From NCBI GenBank assembly GCA_951406725.2, contig OX597824.1:64976001-65040000 (forward strand): 64,000 nucleotides of DNA, read 5' to 3'. Shown piece after piece: positions 1-14,392 of the stretch. Both the position numbers and the translations under genes were made by a program. The stretch is from Octopus vulgaris. Lineage: Eukaryota. Below the pieces are notes generated by a model. It had not been told where the DNA came from. It did not search any database and was given only the letters and a program-made list of their open reading frames with translations. Positions within the stretch are counted from its first letter, which is position 1; every line of letters starts with the position of its first letter.

Positions 1-476
1 AACTTCCGCCTTTAGTGGTGTGTGTGTGTGTGCGTGCGTGCGTGCGCGCGAGTGTGTGTGTGTGCGTGTGTACCTTATATATGCATTAAGGAAAAGATAA
101 TCTGATTATCTGAAGATAGTAGCATACTTGCTTGGGAGAATTCTTGATTTTTTATATTGTCACCCCTTCTCATTTGAAATTGGCCCTAAATACTATTACA
201 CGATTCTTCTCTGGAAGCAGTGCCATCACGCGATTGTTATTCTCTGGAGGCGATTAGTTTTAATAAATAGAGAATTCATCTTGTATAGAATATACCATTA
301 TTTGCCTGTTTTTGTTCAAATACATGCTACTGGCTACTCAAGAAGAAATCGGTACTGTTCACACTTGAAGGGTTTTACGTACCGCTAGGTTTAAAATTGC
401 TTAGGGCGTACTGTGTGGCACGACGGTGCTGCTATGACTTTGTAAGGAGATGAAAGCCCAATAAACCTATATCTAT

Positions 477-497
477 ATAGATAAATAAATAGATAGA

Positions 498-549
<52 letters not shown>

Positions 550-553
550 TAGG

Positions 554-642
<89 letters not shown>

Positions 643-652
643 GATAGATAGA
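477..652. repeat. Compound (GATA)n/(GACA)n microsatellite
   Basis: Directly visible; explains the ORF-track entries 391-753 and 432-674. Confidence 0.97.
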
Positions 653-656
653 TACC

Positions 657-1752
657 AGGTGACCACAAAGTCACTCACCATGGGAGATATCAAGTATGCT
701 TTATTAGCAATGAAGTAGATAATCCATTGCAAATGTTCAATATCTGCCTTCATCCAATGAAGATTGGTTTGTGATTATTATTTTTTTATTTCTTTATTAT
801 TTCATAATTACCCTTTATTTATTTATAAAATTAATCTAATTTTTGTATCTCTATAAATTCTTAGTTATCTCATATAAAACTATACTGGTATATTCACTTT
901 TTATTAAAAAAATACTGCTTAGATTAAAATTTTATTAATATATAATTAGCATGTTCCTTTGCCCCAATACTCCTTTATTAATACTAGTATATACCAATTA
1001 ATCAATATTCACAGACACCATCTGATTAGTTAGTATTTAACTATACAATATGTATAAACATTAAACTATTTCTGGATAATTTCTTTTCTTCCCTCTATTG
1101 TAGTAAAAGTTTGGTGTATACTCAAAAGTATTCATAAATTTCAATCCTTTTGTTATAATATTCTTCTTAATAATCCTTTGAATAACTCTAAACTTTAACT
1201 GTATACAATATAGTAACATTGTTTAGAATATTTAACTATAGTACCACATGATAAGACTTCCCCTGTTTCATTATCAATAGTCTGCTAGTGGACGATCCCC
1301 TTAATTATCAGCTAACATCTTGTTTTAAGTTTTCCTTTACTAAACCTCATGATATTGCTTATAATAAATCTTGATTTTTATAACTATACCAACTATAATG
1401 TATGTCTACTCCCTCAGCCCTACTCCTAACAGATACTGCCCTCTGTTCTCTCAGCCTTAGATATACAAGGGACATACAAGACAGGCAGAGTCTTCTTGAT
1501 AATTTTAGTAACTTCTATGCTGAAGTAGAGACAACAAGTTCTTTGTCTATCTCCTTAACTTCTTGGAGATTTTAGGTATAATTATACTAATGAGTCCATC
1601 TGTTCTAATTTAATTAAATTCTATGTCTTTGTGAAGCTGAAGATTGCTCTACATTTTAAATTGATGTAATGATTGCATTGTTCAGTTAAATGGAGTGGCA
1701 TGAAACGATTGTACTGTATTACCTCTGGTATCCTTGTTGCTTATTTTGATTA
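657..1752 (+). mobile_element. Non-coding ~1.1 kb interspersed element (family C) with a hammerhead-like motif near its 3' end
   Basis: Lies between (GATA)n and (TA)n tracts. 1500-1750 is homologous by eye to the reverse complement of 45820-46070. Contains the motif at 1634-1716. Confidence 0.6.
1634..1716 (+). ncRNA. Hammerhead ribozyme-like motif, type I, long stem II
   Basis: CTGAAGA (1637-1643), then T-TGC...GCA-T, then GAAAC-GATT-GT-A-CTG. Stem I is partly eroded here but is 5 bp in the homologue at 45855-45940. Confidence 0.55.
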
Positions 1753-1769
1753 TATATATATATATATAT

Positions 1770-2190
1770 GGGTTTGTTGGCACTGTTAGTTACGAGCCGA
1801 TCTTCGAAAGGGTATGTTCTTACTTTCAGTGTTTCCAAATCCAAACCAAGGAGTTTTGAGCTGATGATAGAAGTGTTGTTTTGACTAATCTTGAAACGTA
1901 CGTTCTCAAATAACCTTAGCATTTGATTTTTTAATGTCCTTACCCCAAACTTTTGTGGGTTGAATTAAGCAAACGCTATATATGAGAGAGATTTTCTTTA
2001 AGTATTAGAAATAGTTTTAAAAAGTTTTTTAGCTGCTATTTCTAATGAGTTCAGTATGCGGCAAAGTAATTTATTTTACTAAGCCCTTTTATATAATGTA
2101 ATAATTTGAATTCGCCTTAAATGGTCCCTTTGCATACTGAACACTTGGTGAAATTGATTAATAATTAATTAATTTTACCCTCAATTGTTG

Positions 2191-2192
<2 letters not shown>
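1770..2192. mobile_element. Interspersed repeat family A, between (TA)n tracts
   Basis: Closely matches 29630-29920 in the same orientation and 29302-29617 as reverse complement. Confidence 0.85.
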
Positions 2193-2241
<49 letters not shown>

Positions 2242-2275
2242 CATACATACATACATACATACATACATACATACA

Positions 2276-2307
<32 letters not shown>

Positions 2308-2332
2308 CGTAGATAGATAGATAAATAGATAG
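2193..2332. repeat. (TA)n-(TACA)n-(GATA)n compound microsatellite
   Basis: Directly visible. Confidence 0.95.
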
Positions 2333-2492
2333 ATCTTTTAATATTTATCGGAAGCAACAGAGTGTCTCAAGTTCCGAGAGTTTTGTGCGCTGGCACATCA
2401 GTTTGCACCAACATACATATACATATATATATATACACATATATATATACACACATACATACACATATGCATATATATACATAGATACATAC

Positions 2493-2538
<46 letters not shown>

Positions 2539-2554
2539 GGGGGGAGACAGACAG

Positions 2555-2840
2555 AGATATTCCTTAGTCTCGCAAGACCATGGATCTGCACCTGGAATAT
2601 CTTGCTTTGGTCTTGTTGCCATAACAGCATTTGTTGTGACCACAGAAACCCACATGTGAGTATTAGCCTCAGCTGCAGTATCTACGCCTGAAATAGCCAT
2701 TTGCGTCTGACGAGTCGCCTATACAGCTAAGCGCTTTCTATGTGAGAAACTTTTAACTTCTTAAAAATTATAAAATTATATTACTACATTAGAGTTTGTT
2801 TTTTTTTTCGGATATATGAACTACTGACGATATATATACA
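2555..2840 (+). mobile_element. Family B Penelope-like terminal fragment with decayed hammerhead core
   Basis: CTGACGA-GTCGC...GTGA-GAAAC at 2707-2750. The tail 'ttcggatatat..actgacgatatat' and the core 'gctaagcgc' match the minus strand of 30040-30200. Confidence 0.55.
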
Positions 2841-2872
2841 CTCTTCAGGTGTGAACACTACCGATTTCTTCT

Positions 2873-2939
<67 letters not shown>

Positions 2940-3124
2940 AAACCAGTTCTGAAATGTTATTTTGTCGGCTCCGAGAGAATGAAAAGCGAAGTTGTCCTCA
3001 CAGAGCACAGAATTGGATTATTGTGAGGCTTTCTATTCGATTCTCTAACCATTAACTCAACTAACTAGGAATAACATTTCTGTTAATGTTTTATTTTACA
3101 GATCACCTTTATTTGTCTGCTACT

Positions 3125-3185
<61 letters not shown>

Positions 3186-3968
3186 TCGCGCGCGTGTGTT
3201 ATAAGTACATGAGTGGTTAGGGTGCTGGACATCACGATTATATGGTTACGTGGGAGCTGATTCATCTACAATCTCTTACCATCATCTTATATAAGAGATC
3301 TTCAATATTCTTGTTGTTTGGGTATATTTTTGCTTTATTTTTCATGGTTTTTAATTAACAAATTCCGCTCACAAATTATTAGTTAGCAGGAGGCAATGAC
3401 AAGATATTTTCCTATGGTACGGCCCAGTGAGATTGATCCTGGAACGACGTTATTGTAAAGCGAACTTCTTAATCCGCCGACATACCTGCACCTTGTTAGC
3501 CGAATATGTGCCTTGGCTTTGGATAATGCAAAACTGTAATATGATAGGAACCGCTGATCCTTTGAATCTATTGGGTTCGGACTGGGTCAGTTACGGCTTT
3601 CGTAGATTAATGTTTGCTTTACGACTCATTATTCGATATATTATTGCGACAGAGTTGATAAAATAAACATGCACTTATCCTTCAATAAAGGACCTTGAAC
3701 CTTATTTTAATAAATCAATATGTTCTCAGAACAGAAGATCGCTTTCATTTTTATAGTAACAAAAAAAACTTGCGTGTACGTTAATTCTTTGTAAATCTCT
3801 TAATGCCAGCCATGAAAAGCAGATAAGTCGTTCGGGCATTTAATATTTACCGATTATCTGTGCTCAGCTAAACAGTAGAAATAAATTAAGTGTCATAGAG
3901 TTAGAAAATATGGGGGCAACTAACAGTAATCTCTAACCAGCAATTTGATTTCTTCGCGACAACTGTTC

Positions 3969-4020
<52 letters not shown>

Positions 4021-4033
4021 TGGTGTGTATACA

Positions 4034-4066
<33 letters not shown>

Positions 4067-4106
4067 GCATACACATATGCATTCACATATGCATATATAT
4101 ATGTAC

Positions 4107-4156
<50 letters not shown>

Positions 4157-7100
4157 CCAACCATTTTGTGGGGTTTATTTTCACTTCTATTATTCCGATG
4201 AAGGGTAGAAGTAAGTTTTAAAACAAAAATAATGTAACAACTGCCAAATTAATTAATAACTATGAGCTGTAGATTTAAGAAACAGACCTTATGATTAGAG
4301 GATATAGTAATATTTGTGGATCAGACAGTAACTATAATATGTACTGAGTGGAAAGAAGTAGAATGTTTATGGCTTTTTCGAAACAAATATAACAGTAAGA
4401 ATTTGTTTATTCGGCTTTGTGGAATTTAGAATCTAAATGGTTACGTAAGGAAGGACTATCTTCATCATACTTTTAACCGAATAATGCCCGTAAGATAACG
4501 GATCGCTGTATTATCAGTGATAGCTTCGTTCTATCTAATCACTGAATTCATGACTCTACAGACCAAGGTGTAACAAGCTAAAATTCATTTCTCGTGAATT
4601 TTCTTCAAGCGATCCTAAAATCGTTATGGCCATTAAGAAGTATCTCTCACTTAGGACGCTGTGTAAAAGAATGGAAATCGCCAACAGTAACATTCTTGTG
4701 TGTGTGTGATATAATTAGATTTGGTGTACGTTTGTTACTAGGGGAAATCTAACAAAGACCTGAGCAACTGATAAATTTAAAAGTTCAAGATAAAGATAGG
4801 GTTCATTTTGAAGACGATAGCTAAGTAACTTAGAAATCACTTCAATACACTGGTATTTCTACAAGTATGACGATGAATTCTAATTCAAAATAGAAGGCAG
4901 AGCCAGGGTTTTGGGGGGAGAGATGGAATTCTTCTTGTAGTGTGTCAGTTTTGGCGGTTGGGAGAATAGTTTTAGCTGGAAGATGTTGAATTTGACAAAT
5001 TTTTACTTTCTCAAGTATACATGAGTTAAGAGAATTGTGTAGAATAAAGACTCGGGTTAATTTTGGTGCAGATAGACGAGTCACAAGGTTGAGATTCCTT
5101 ATGCAACACTTTTTAACATATCAATACTCGAGAAGTTTAGGTGGCAGCTTGACAGTGAGATCAACCTTAAACTGCACACAGCCGTTTAAATAAATGAAAT
5201 ACATTGAATCATGTATTCTGCAGTGTTTAAGAGGCTGAGAGCACAATACTTCAATTTGAACGGGACGCTAGTCCTTCACAGGGCTAACTCTCCAACAGTC
5301 GCTGATGTTTATTTTTCAGCTCTGAGTGGACTGAATCAAAATGAAATGAAGAGCTTTGCCCAAGGATATAACGCATTATCCCTTCTGAGAATCTAACGTT
5401 CAGTTTAACGATGGAGAATTCAACACCCAAACAACGATATCATGCGCCCTCACATTGCCAGAACAATGTAACATAGGTGAGTCGACAAGTATTGCGTTAA
5501 CTTGAAGTGCTGTATTTAAACCGTCGCCCGGTTTAACACAACCATCTGATTCATGGTTGCCCATAATGAAGTCCACTATGAAGTAAGCATTAAAACCAGA
5601 TCTCCTGTCTAGAGATAGCTTCCTTTCTCTTTCCTCTCACACACATCAGTGGTATAGGGTGGAGTATGAGGAATGTACCAACCGCACAGGGTGGCCACTT
5701 TTATGTTGGTATGCCTGCTGTAGTAGAATATATATTACGTTTAAAGAAGCTAGCAGTCAATTAGGCTACAGCACAGGGCGGCCAGAAACCATGCTACACT
5801 GGCTTTTGTCAGCCACCTGTCTCAGATACTTTGAAAAGAGTCATAGGCAGTGCGATTCCCCTTCTTATGACCCAAAGCTTCTCTCCGTGTATCTCATAAT
5901 GCAATAGATTTTCGCCTAGAAAGTTCTCCAAAGTGCAGGCCTGGGCAATGTCTTTTCTCGCGGAAGATAATCAATTTCCCATGCATACAAGGTCGTCATT
6001 TCTATTCCACTGATATTACTTGACATAAAAGCTAGTACCGATACAGCTTAGCACCAGTGTCGAAGCAGATGATACTATCAGAACGCAAAACCCGGAACAG
6101 ATGCCACGAGGTAGCTCGTCCGACGCTTTATTAATTCTGCCAATCCACTGTTTCAGACAGATACGTTATTTATCACTCACACAGGAACGAAAAGCAAAGT
6201 TGATATCGGCAGGATTTCAACTCGGAGTGCATGGAACCGAAACAAACACCACAATGTGTCTATCCTGTGCTCTAATAACACTGCCAGTTCTTCACTTCTA
6301 CGACTAAGACATTTATAAAAAAACAAGATTTGCGAATGAATTTTACTGACTTACGCCATATACAGTGTGACTTCCCTTATATACGCTGTGCATTATTTTA
6401 TGTACTCTGCAACTAACCCTGTATACGCTTTGGTTTACCATATCTAAACTGTGACTTACCTTATATCTTTTTTCGCTGCTTTCGCAGATTTTTATGACTC
6501 TCTGTCACCATCCAATTCCATTATTATGAATTTGAATTGGGAGCTTGAGTCCATAGTGAATCTTTCATTAGCTGATTACACAACCATGGACGCCACCCCT
6601 ACGGATATGTTGCAGTTACTCTCTTGATAGAGCTTGGTGATCCTGAGTATTGATCCTTTTGGATTCCTCGCTTAGCATCAATATAAGAAGCACCGCTGGC
6701 TCAGTTGAGCTCTTCTGCTACGTCTTCACAATCCGCCATGCTGCAGTCTCATAACTTCGCCGAGTCATTAGCAGGGGTGGGGATGAGCAGATGCTATACC
6801 TTGTCTAGTGGCAGCCCGTAACTATGCAGGTCACAATCATTCCGGAAGGTATTTTCAAAATACCTGCATACCTTATATACTCCGTGATTTATCCTATGTA
6901 CATTGTGACTTACCCTATATAACTTATATGACTTAACTGTGTGTCTTATGTTATCTATCCTGTGACGTTAACATATGGACACTGAGTATACATTGTGATG
7001 TACAATACTTAAAAGAAAAAATTTTCAGTGGTACACCCTATGGTCCATCGTATTTGTAGGACTCACCAATATTTTCTTTAACTCCTCACGTTTCTGTATC

Positions 7101-8211
7101 TGCAATAAGAATTTCTTGCAGAGGTGACTTTACAATTCATCAACTGTCAATGCAAGTATTGGTTATAAACATCCATTCTAATGCCTTGTTTCCATTTATC
7201 CCTTAGTTTTTACTATCATTCAGCTTCCTTTTTACAGTTAGTGTACCACTTTAAATTGGCTGACAAAACTAATCCATAACACACAAATGGCAAACTGGAA
7301 CAATCTTGTTCTATCCACTTCTGGATTGATTAAGAACAGTCCATGTTATAAATAGACCAACAGATTATTGATTGAATTTTAACATTCTTTCTACGTGCTT
7401 TCTTTTTTTATTTCTTCCTTCCTCCTCTCTCACTCCTTCTCTCTCTTTCTTTCTCTCTCTCTCTTTCACATACACACACACGGACACGCATTCACACTCA
7501 CATACACGCGCACACATACACAAACGCACACTTCTCTTTTTTATTCTCTTGACGCGGCAGTTTTCCATATGCCACTCGCCTAATAGGTATTATCGGGTGT
7601 TAAACTACAATAATTAGTTTATAATTAGGATAAAATACAAAACCAACGCGACAGTGAATAAAATAATGAAATATTGACGTCAATCTACAGATATTAACTA
7701 TGGCGTCGGTCAACTAACATGTGTGGCCAACAGTTTGTATTCTATTGCTAGTATTTCACAATGCCTGTAGCCAAGACACTTCACTTTCAAATGTTACAGT
7801 ACATCACTAGAATCCATAAGCTGTTATTAGTTTTTTAGTCCCAAGTTAACAAGTCATGTAATCGAAAACATTTTTTCTTTCTCTCCCTCTTTCTCTCTCT
7901 CCCTCTCTCTCTCTCTCCCTCTCTTCATACTGTTGTTTATTCTAATCTAGCACCCTTCTATTAGACTTGAAAGATCGCCCCTTTTTGTAAAGAGGTAGAC
8001 GCAACACACCGTCCTACATCTTGGAATTCAGTCACTAACAGACTCACTCCACCTTCTAAACCCAAGAGCATAATGTTTCCTTTCTCTGGGGTTTTTTTCT
8101 ATCATTACCATAACTAGCAGAAAGACCGCCCTCCGGCATAATTTTTGGGACGTCACATGTTGAATTGCAAAATTCTAGCGTGATATTTGTGTATTAATGA
8201 TATCAAACCTG

Positions 8212-8296
<85 letters not shown>

Positions 8297-9619
8297 TGAG
8301 AGAGAGAGTTTGTATTACAGAGACAGTGTGTGTGTGAGAAAGAGGGAGGAGAGAGAACATTGCAAACAATGAATGAAATAAACAGGAAATGAAAAAAATC
8401 ATATAAATAAAAGTTCGTTAAAAACTATATTGAACCGAATATTTTAATTTGAAATATTCAATAATAAAAGGAAGCTCAGAAACTAAATTTTCCTGAAGAC
8501 TTCAATTTATAAAAAATCTCACTTGCTTAGTAAATATTTCTTTCAGTAATTTATCGTAGTTGTAATATATCTTTAATTTAAACAAACTTCAAGGTAACCC
8601 AACTACATTTAGCGTGCTAGAAATAGCAGCGATCACATAGTTATTATTGTAAGGCTTATAGTGTTCCAAACAGCCATACCAACAAAATCACTTCTTAATT
8701 TTTTTTAATTATACCGGTATATTAAAAAAAATTCATTTTATCAAAAATATTTATTCCTTTAACAACTCCGGAAACTGATATTATCATAAGTCTCAAAGTT
8801 GTACTGCTATTTTGTCTAGTAGCATTCAACCATTCAATGATTTTTTTTTTACATTACGTATATAGAATAAACTGTGGGTTTTGCAAAAGCGAATTAAAGT
8901 TTGAAATGAAAACATTGAAATGAATACATATTAAATTATCATTAATGAAAATAGAGGCGAGAGAGAGTGAGAGACTATTACAAATGAAAACGGAAAGTTT
9001 CGCCTGCAATGAATATTGTTTATTAAGCATTGAAATCTACTCCGCACTGAATGCAACGAATATTTAAATTTGTGAACAACTTGTAGTTCAAATATTCAGT
9101 AAACTAGAAATCGAAATTACAGGAAATTTCTTGGAACATGAATTTATAAACAAATTTCCAGATGGTAAAGCCTTTAATAATTACTTTCTTTTAGTAACTA
9201 TTTCATACCTAATTAATAAGCACTTTCTCCATTATAATATAGATGGCCTCTTCTCCTTGGATCTTATTGTTTTCATACCTCCCCCACTCAAGTATCCCTG
9301 ACTCACTCGTCTCTCTACTTCTCGTCATTCTTGGTGTGTCCAACCATGATCACCCCAGCGTTAACCCAATCCTTCATCGCCAGAGTATTGGCTTTCTGAT
9401 ACCTTCTCCCTGTCTATGACTTTCCTACTTTCTTACAGTCATAAATCTGCAACAGAACAATAACGGAACCGATATCATCCATCTCGAAATCCCACAAGTC
9501 TCATGAGCTTTACCCCTTACCTTCAGACTCAGTTAAAATGAAGGCTCACCATCCTGCTGCTTTGTATGTCTAGAACTCCATTGTTATATATCTTCCTTCT
9601 TTTACGGTTTAGTCTGGAG

Positions 9620-10225
9620 GAGGCATGGATTGTAGCCACGGCTTTTGCAAGTCTTCCGAGACCATGAGATCGACGTGATTTATGCTCCTCTTGAAGAGCT
9701 GAAGGAAAATGATGGACGAGGGTGAAATTCCTGAGGGCTGACGTTCTGAAGATGGAGGACTAGAAAACAGTTGCTAGTTCGGGGCCTGGGGGTTCGACAC
9801 AATATACGATGATGAGAGGAAGATAGGTAAATTAATCAAGAAGTCCTGATTGAAGATGAAATGAAACTAGCCAGCTCCGGAGAGCAGAGGTTATTGTAAC
9901 AGCAACAGAACATGAAGAATGAAGAGACTTCACTTCTGTGAGTCAAAGAACAGAGCGTGTTTGCGAACGACTACATACCAAAAGCTTCGTGGCCTCACTC
10001 TTCTTGGATGTTGTCTAAGGTATCTGTGTGTACAGCAACAGCATCAGCAGCAGCAGCAGCAGCCCCAGATACTGGAGAATATTCCATTATGAATCACACT
10101 TGAGTTTTGTTGTCGAAACTGAAGTATTTTGAGATCTTGAAAAGAAAGGCCAGTCTTGGTGATGAAGTTTTTGCAATGTTAAGTATGTGAAATCTCTATG
10201 AGTGACCATCACTGGAGATAAGGCA
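9620..10225 (-). pseudogene. Decayed CR1/Jockey-like LINE ORF2 C-terminus
   Basis: Minus-strand translation gives broken stretches like HILNIAKTSSPRLAFLFKISKYFS...MEYSP..VWG and LCSPELASFI, resembling the RT C-terminal region of CR1-group LINEs. Many stops and frameshifts. Confidence 0.55.
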
Positions 10226-10589
10226 TAAAGCAAAGTCTAATATTTAAGACAACAATTTATAATTTGAGGGAGATTTTGCTGTTATTTTTTGCAGTTCGAA
10301 TGACTACATAGATAATACATAACTCACTGCTTAAGCCAAGGTCAGTTCTGATCCAGGAATTTATGATCAAAAACATTCCAGTTGTGACCATATAAGAAGG
10401 TGAGGTCTAATTTCAGAGAGATTTGGGCTCCTTGTTCTAGCAGATTGAACTATCGATCAGATGCTTCCTTGTCGGTAAAACTAGTTGCTATGAATAGCAA
10501 TTAATCTATAATTCATGAATATCTCATCAGCGCCAAACATTTATAGCATAGTGATCCAGTAACTTTACTTTTAAAGTAGTATATTTTTC

Positions 10590-10735
10590 ATTCTTTTACT
10601 TGTCTCAGTCACGAACTTTGACTATGCTAGGGCACAACCCTCGATAGTATTAATCGATAGTATCGACCCTACTATGTATTTTAACCTGCTATTCATTTCG
10701 TGTATCAATATATATCGAACTGCTAAGTTATTGGA
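10590..10735 (-). mobile_element. Diverged 3' half of the octopus-type tRNA SINE
   Basis: Reverse complement resembles 24235-24370 (taacttagcagttc...gggtcgat...cagcat...gaaacaagtaaaaga). Confidence 0.55.
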
Positions 10736-11256
10736 CAACATTTACAATATCTACGTCACATTTCCATCGGATTCCTCGATATATTCACATTTCCACAGTC
10801 TGGAGTCATGCCTATATGCAGGAAAAGACAGCTGATACTGATCGGGGGTTAAACCAATCAAAGTAATAATTTGATATTTAAACATTGTAAATATACATTC
10901 TAAAGATGAGGATAATAAATTCAGAATATGATTTTTTGTTTTCGTTATTGAACCCAGACCATTTATGACTTATGATCAAAAGCATTCCAGCCTACACAGT
11001 CCAGTGTGTATATCCGTCTTTAAGACGCTAAAAATAGCAGCCAAATTTGTTTAAATGTTAGTTGCTCGTGTCTGTATGACAGAGCTGGCTACTCACGTCT
11101 GTGTAAATGGAACTGATAACACCTAAGATATAATTACTAATTTACTTCTCCTTTAGACTCCAGATATATTTAGACAGTGAAGTATGAGGTATCATTCTAA
11201 GTTCCTGAATGTACATATATCATATTGATATGAAGGTCAAAATAGAGAAAAAGTGC

Positions 11257-11977
11257 TGTGACCTAGTTTCGTGGTTTGGCGCCGGACAGACTGGGAAAAG
11301 CTTTTGGTCCTGTCATTTTCTAGGGAAATTAATGAGGTTGGAAGATACATCTGACCCTTATCCGGTCAAGCAAAGTTTAAAGAAAAAAATTAAAATGCTA
11401 CCCTTTAAAATGCAGCGAGCTGGGGGTTTGTTGATCAGTTAGCAACAGATCAGTTGGCGAGAGGAGTTGAGTTGGCAACAGATCAGTTGACGAGAGGAGT
11501 TGAGTTGGCAACAGGGTAGTTGGCGTAAGGGTCGATGCAGAGATGACAGTTGGCAAGAAGGGAAAAGAACATTGTGTTAAAGAAAGAAAGAAGAAAAGAG
11601 AAAGACTTTAATTTGAACTATTTTTCGAACTCTGTATTGCGTTTTGATTGTTTTCGAACGTCGTGTTATGTTTAAATGCATTAGTTGTTTTTCTTTTTAA
11701 TTCTGTATTTTCTTTAATATATCTGATGTTTCACGTTTTATTTGATGTTGTAACAATTGTATAAACTGTTGTTAAATGTAAGCAACTGCCTTCCGCCGTC
11801 TCTCTCTCTCTTCCTGTTGTTGTTGTTGTTGTTGTTATCTCCGGTTACCGGTTTGAGTTCGCTGCCATCCCCATCACCGTTTTCTTTGGCGGATTCCGTT
11901 TGACTGAGCCTGGTCATCATCGTCGCTCGACTTAGTAGGGTCCCGGGTTCGAGTTGAGCGACGGCAGGTTCGTAACA
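11257..11977 (+). mobile_element. Possible solo LTR with an internal 33-bp tandem repeat
   Basis: TGTGAC...GTAACA termini. The 33-bp unit gcaacagatcagttggcgagaggagttgagttg occurs about twice at 11442-11513. No clear TSD. Confidence 0.35.
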
Positions 11978-12348
11978 ATATGTTGCGAGAAACATCTTTT
12001 AATATTTTCTGAGCGAGCCCAATATAACTTTTGTTTAATCTGTTAGAGAAGCCTTAGCTCTTTTAGAAAGACGTACCAGATATAAGAGCTGTTGCAATTA
12101 TATAAAAGGGAAGAGTTCGGTGCATGTACAAGAAAATTTTCTTCCGTTTATGTAGCAAGGGAATTAACGACATTTTGAGGGCAGCTGTAACTTACCTCAA
12201 TACTATTTCTATTAAATATTTGTGATCTATGATAAAATGCCTATTTATAAGGTTTAGGTAAATCATAGAACACACATTTAAACTATGGGGTGGATGGTAA
12301 CATTTAACAGTTTATTTTCATTTTTTGCATTTATAAATATTAGTATTT

Positions 12349-12406
12349 TTCTGTACGTGGTGGATTTTATCTATAAATTCTGTACGTGGTGGATTTTAGC
12401 TATAAA
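12349..12406. repeat. 29-bp tandem duplication
   Basis: ttctgtacgtggtggatttta(t/g)ctataaa twice. Confidence 0.9.
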
Positions 12407-12722
12407 TCTATCGTCTTTCAATGCCTCAGTGTACTAATTAGCAGCACTGTAAAAGAATTTCTTACTGGAAGATAAACTCGATATATCCGCACTGATATTA
12501 CTAAAGGCTTTTATTTATTGGGAGATAGTCGGAAATTATGTTAATATATTGGAATTTCTCATTAGGTTACTTAAGAATAGTATTTATCGGCACCTAAATC
12601 TAGACTTAATAAGTAAGAAATTGACTATACTAAGGTTCGCTTCAGCTTTAATCTTCAAACCGCTTCGGATATGTTGATAAACTTATTCACAACATCATAC
12701 TTTGCAAAATAAATACTTCATC

Positions 12723-13251
<529 letters not shown>

Positions 13252-13611
13252 TAAATACTTCATCATCACAGTAAAGACTGAGCTATATAGAGCAGAATCT
13301 CTTCTGAAGTAAGTGTAAAGGTATAGGCTAAAGATGAGTTAAATAACAGTATATCATTGGTATCATTTTATTAATCTCGAATAAATGAAATTTGAAATAT
13401 ATGTTGACGAAGAGGGCGTTTCTATATTGTTATTCGACTGGTTAAAGGTAGCAGATACACGTTCCTCATATCCCATCCTGTCCTGTTGGTTTGAAAGGCG
13501 TATGGCAAGTGTATTTCCAGTGTGATGTAGTCTTAAGCAAACCATTTCATTAAAAAGATGTAATTGTCATCGTTTTAGTATCTTTGACGAAGAGTTTCCC
13601 TTTCTTCCTCC

Positions 13612-13681
<70 letters not shown>

Positions 13682-14262
13682 ATTTATTTATGTATCTTTC
13701 AATCACTGTTGACTTCAGATTAAACTTTAGTCCCAAGAATAACAACAACAACATGAATTCATGACAGCGAAGTATGAATGAGCTAGATATTTAAAATCAA
13801 ACATCCGGTGAAGATTCCTTGTGTCTCGGCTATCAATCATCATTTTCTTGAACCACCTGATCGACATAAAAAGATATTCATCAGCAAAAATACTGTGAAT
13901 TATGTATAATTATGACCACAACATGCTGTAATGTTCATCTTAGCAAAATCGTTTTAATTACATTATTTTCACTAAATTCCTTCTTTAAGCACGTGATGAA
14001 TATTCATTATCAGTTTGTTTTAATGGCGAGCTTAATCATTGGAATAAACTGGAGACTTTGCTGCATCAATTTTTTTAATTAAAAAAACTAATTAATTATA
14101 TCAAGCAAAATTATATCTGTTCATGAAAAAACAAAAGAGAAAAGAATGAATTAAAGAAACGAATAATTAATCAGCAAGGTAGATTATTTCAATTTAATGA
14201 ATTGCCGTTAGAACAAAATTCAAGGCAATTAGTATGCAAAAACGAAAACCCTCAGTATGTGG

Positions 14263-14392
<130 letters not shown>

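Noticed and set aside
11442-11513. 33-bp repeats suggesting a CRISPR array
   Set aside because: Directly tandem with no spacers, eukaryotic context and no cas genes.
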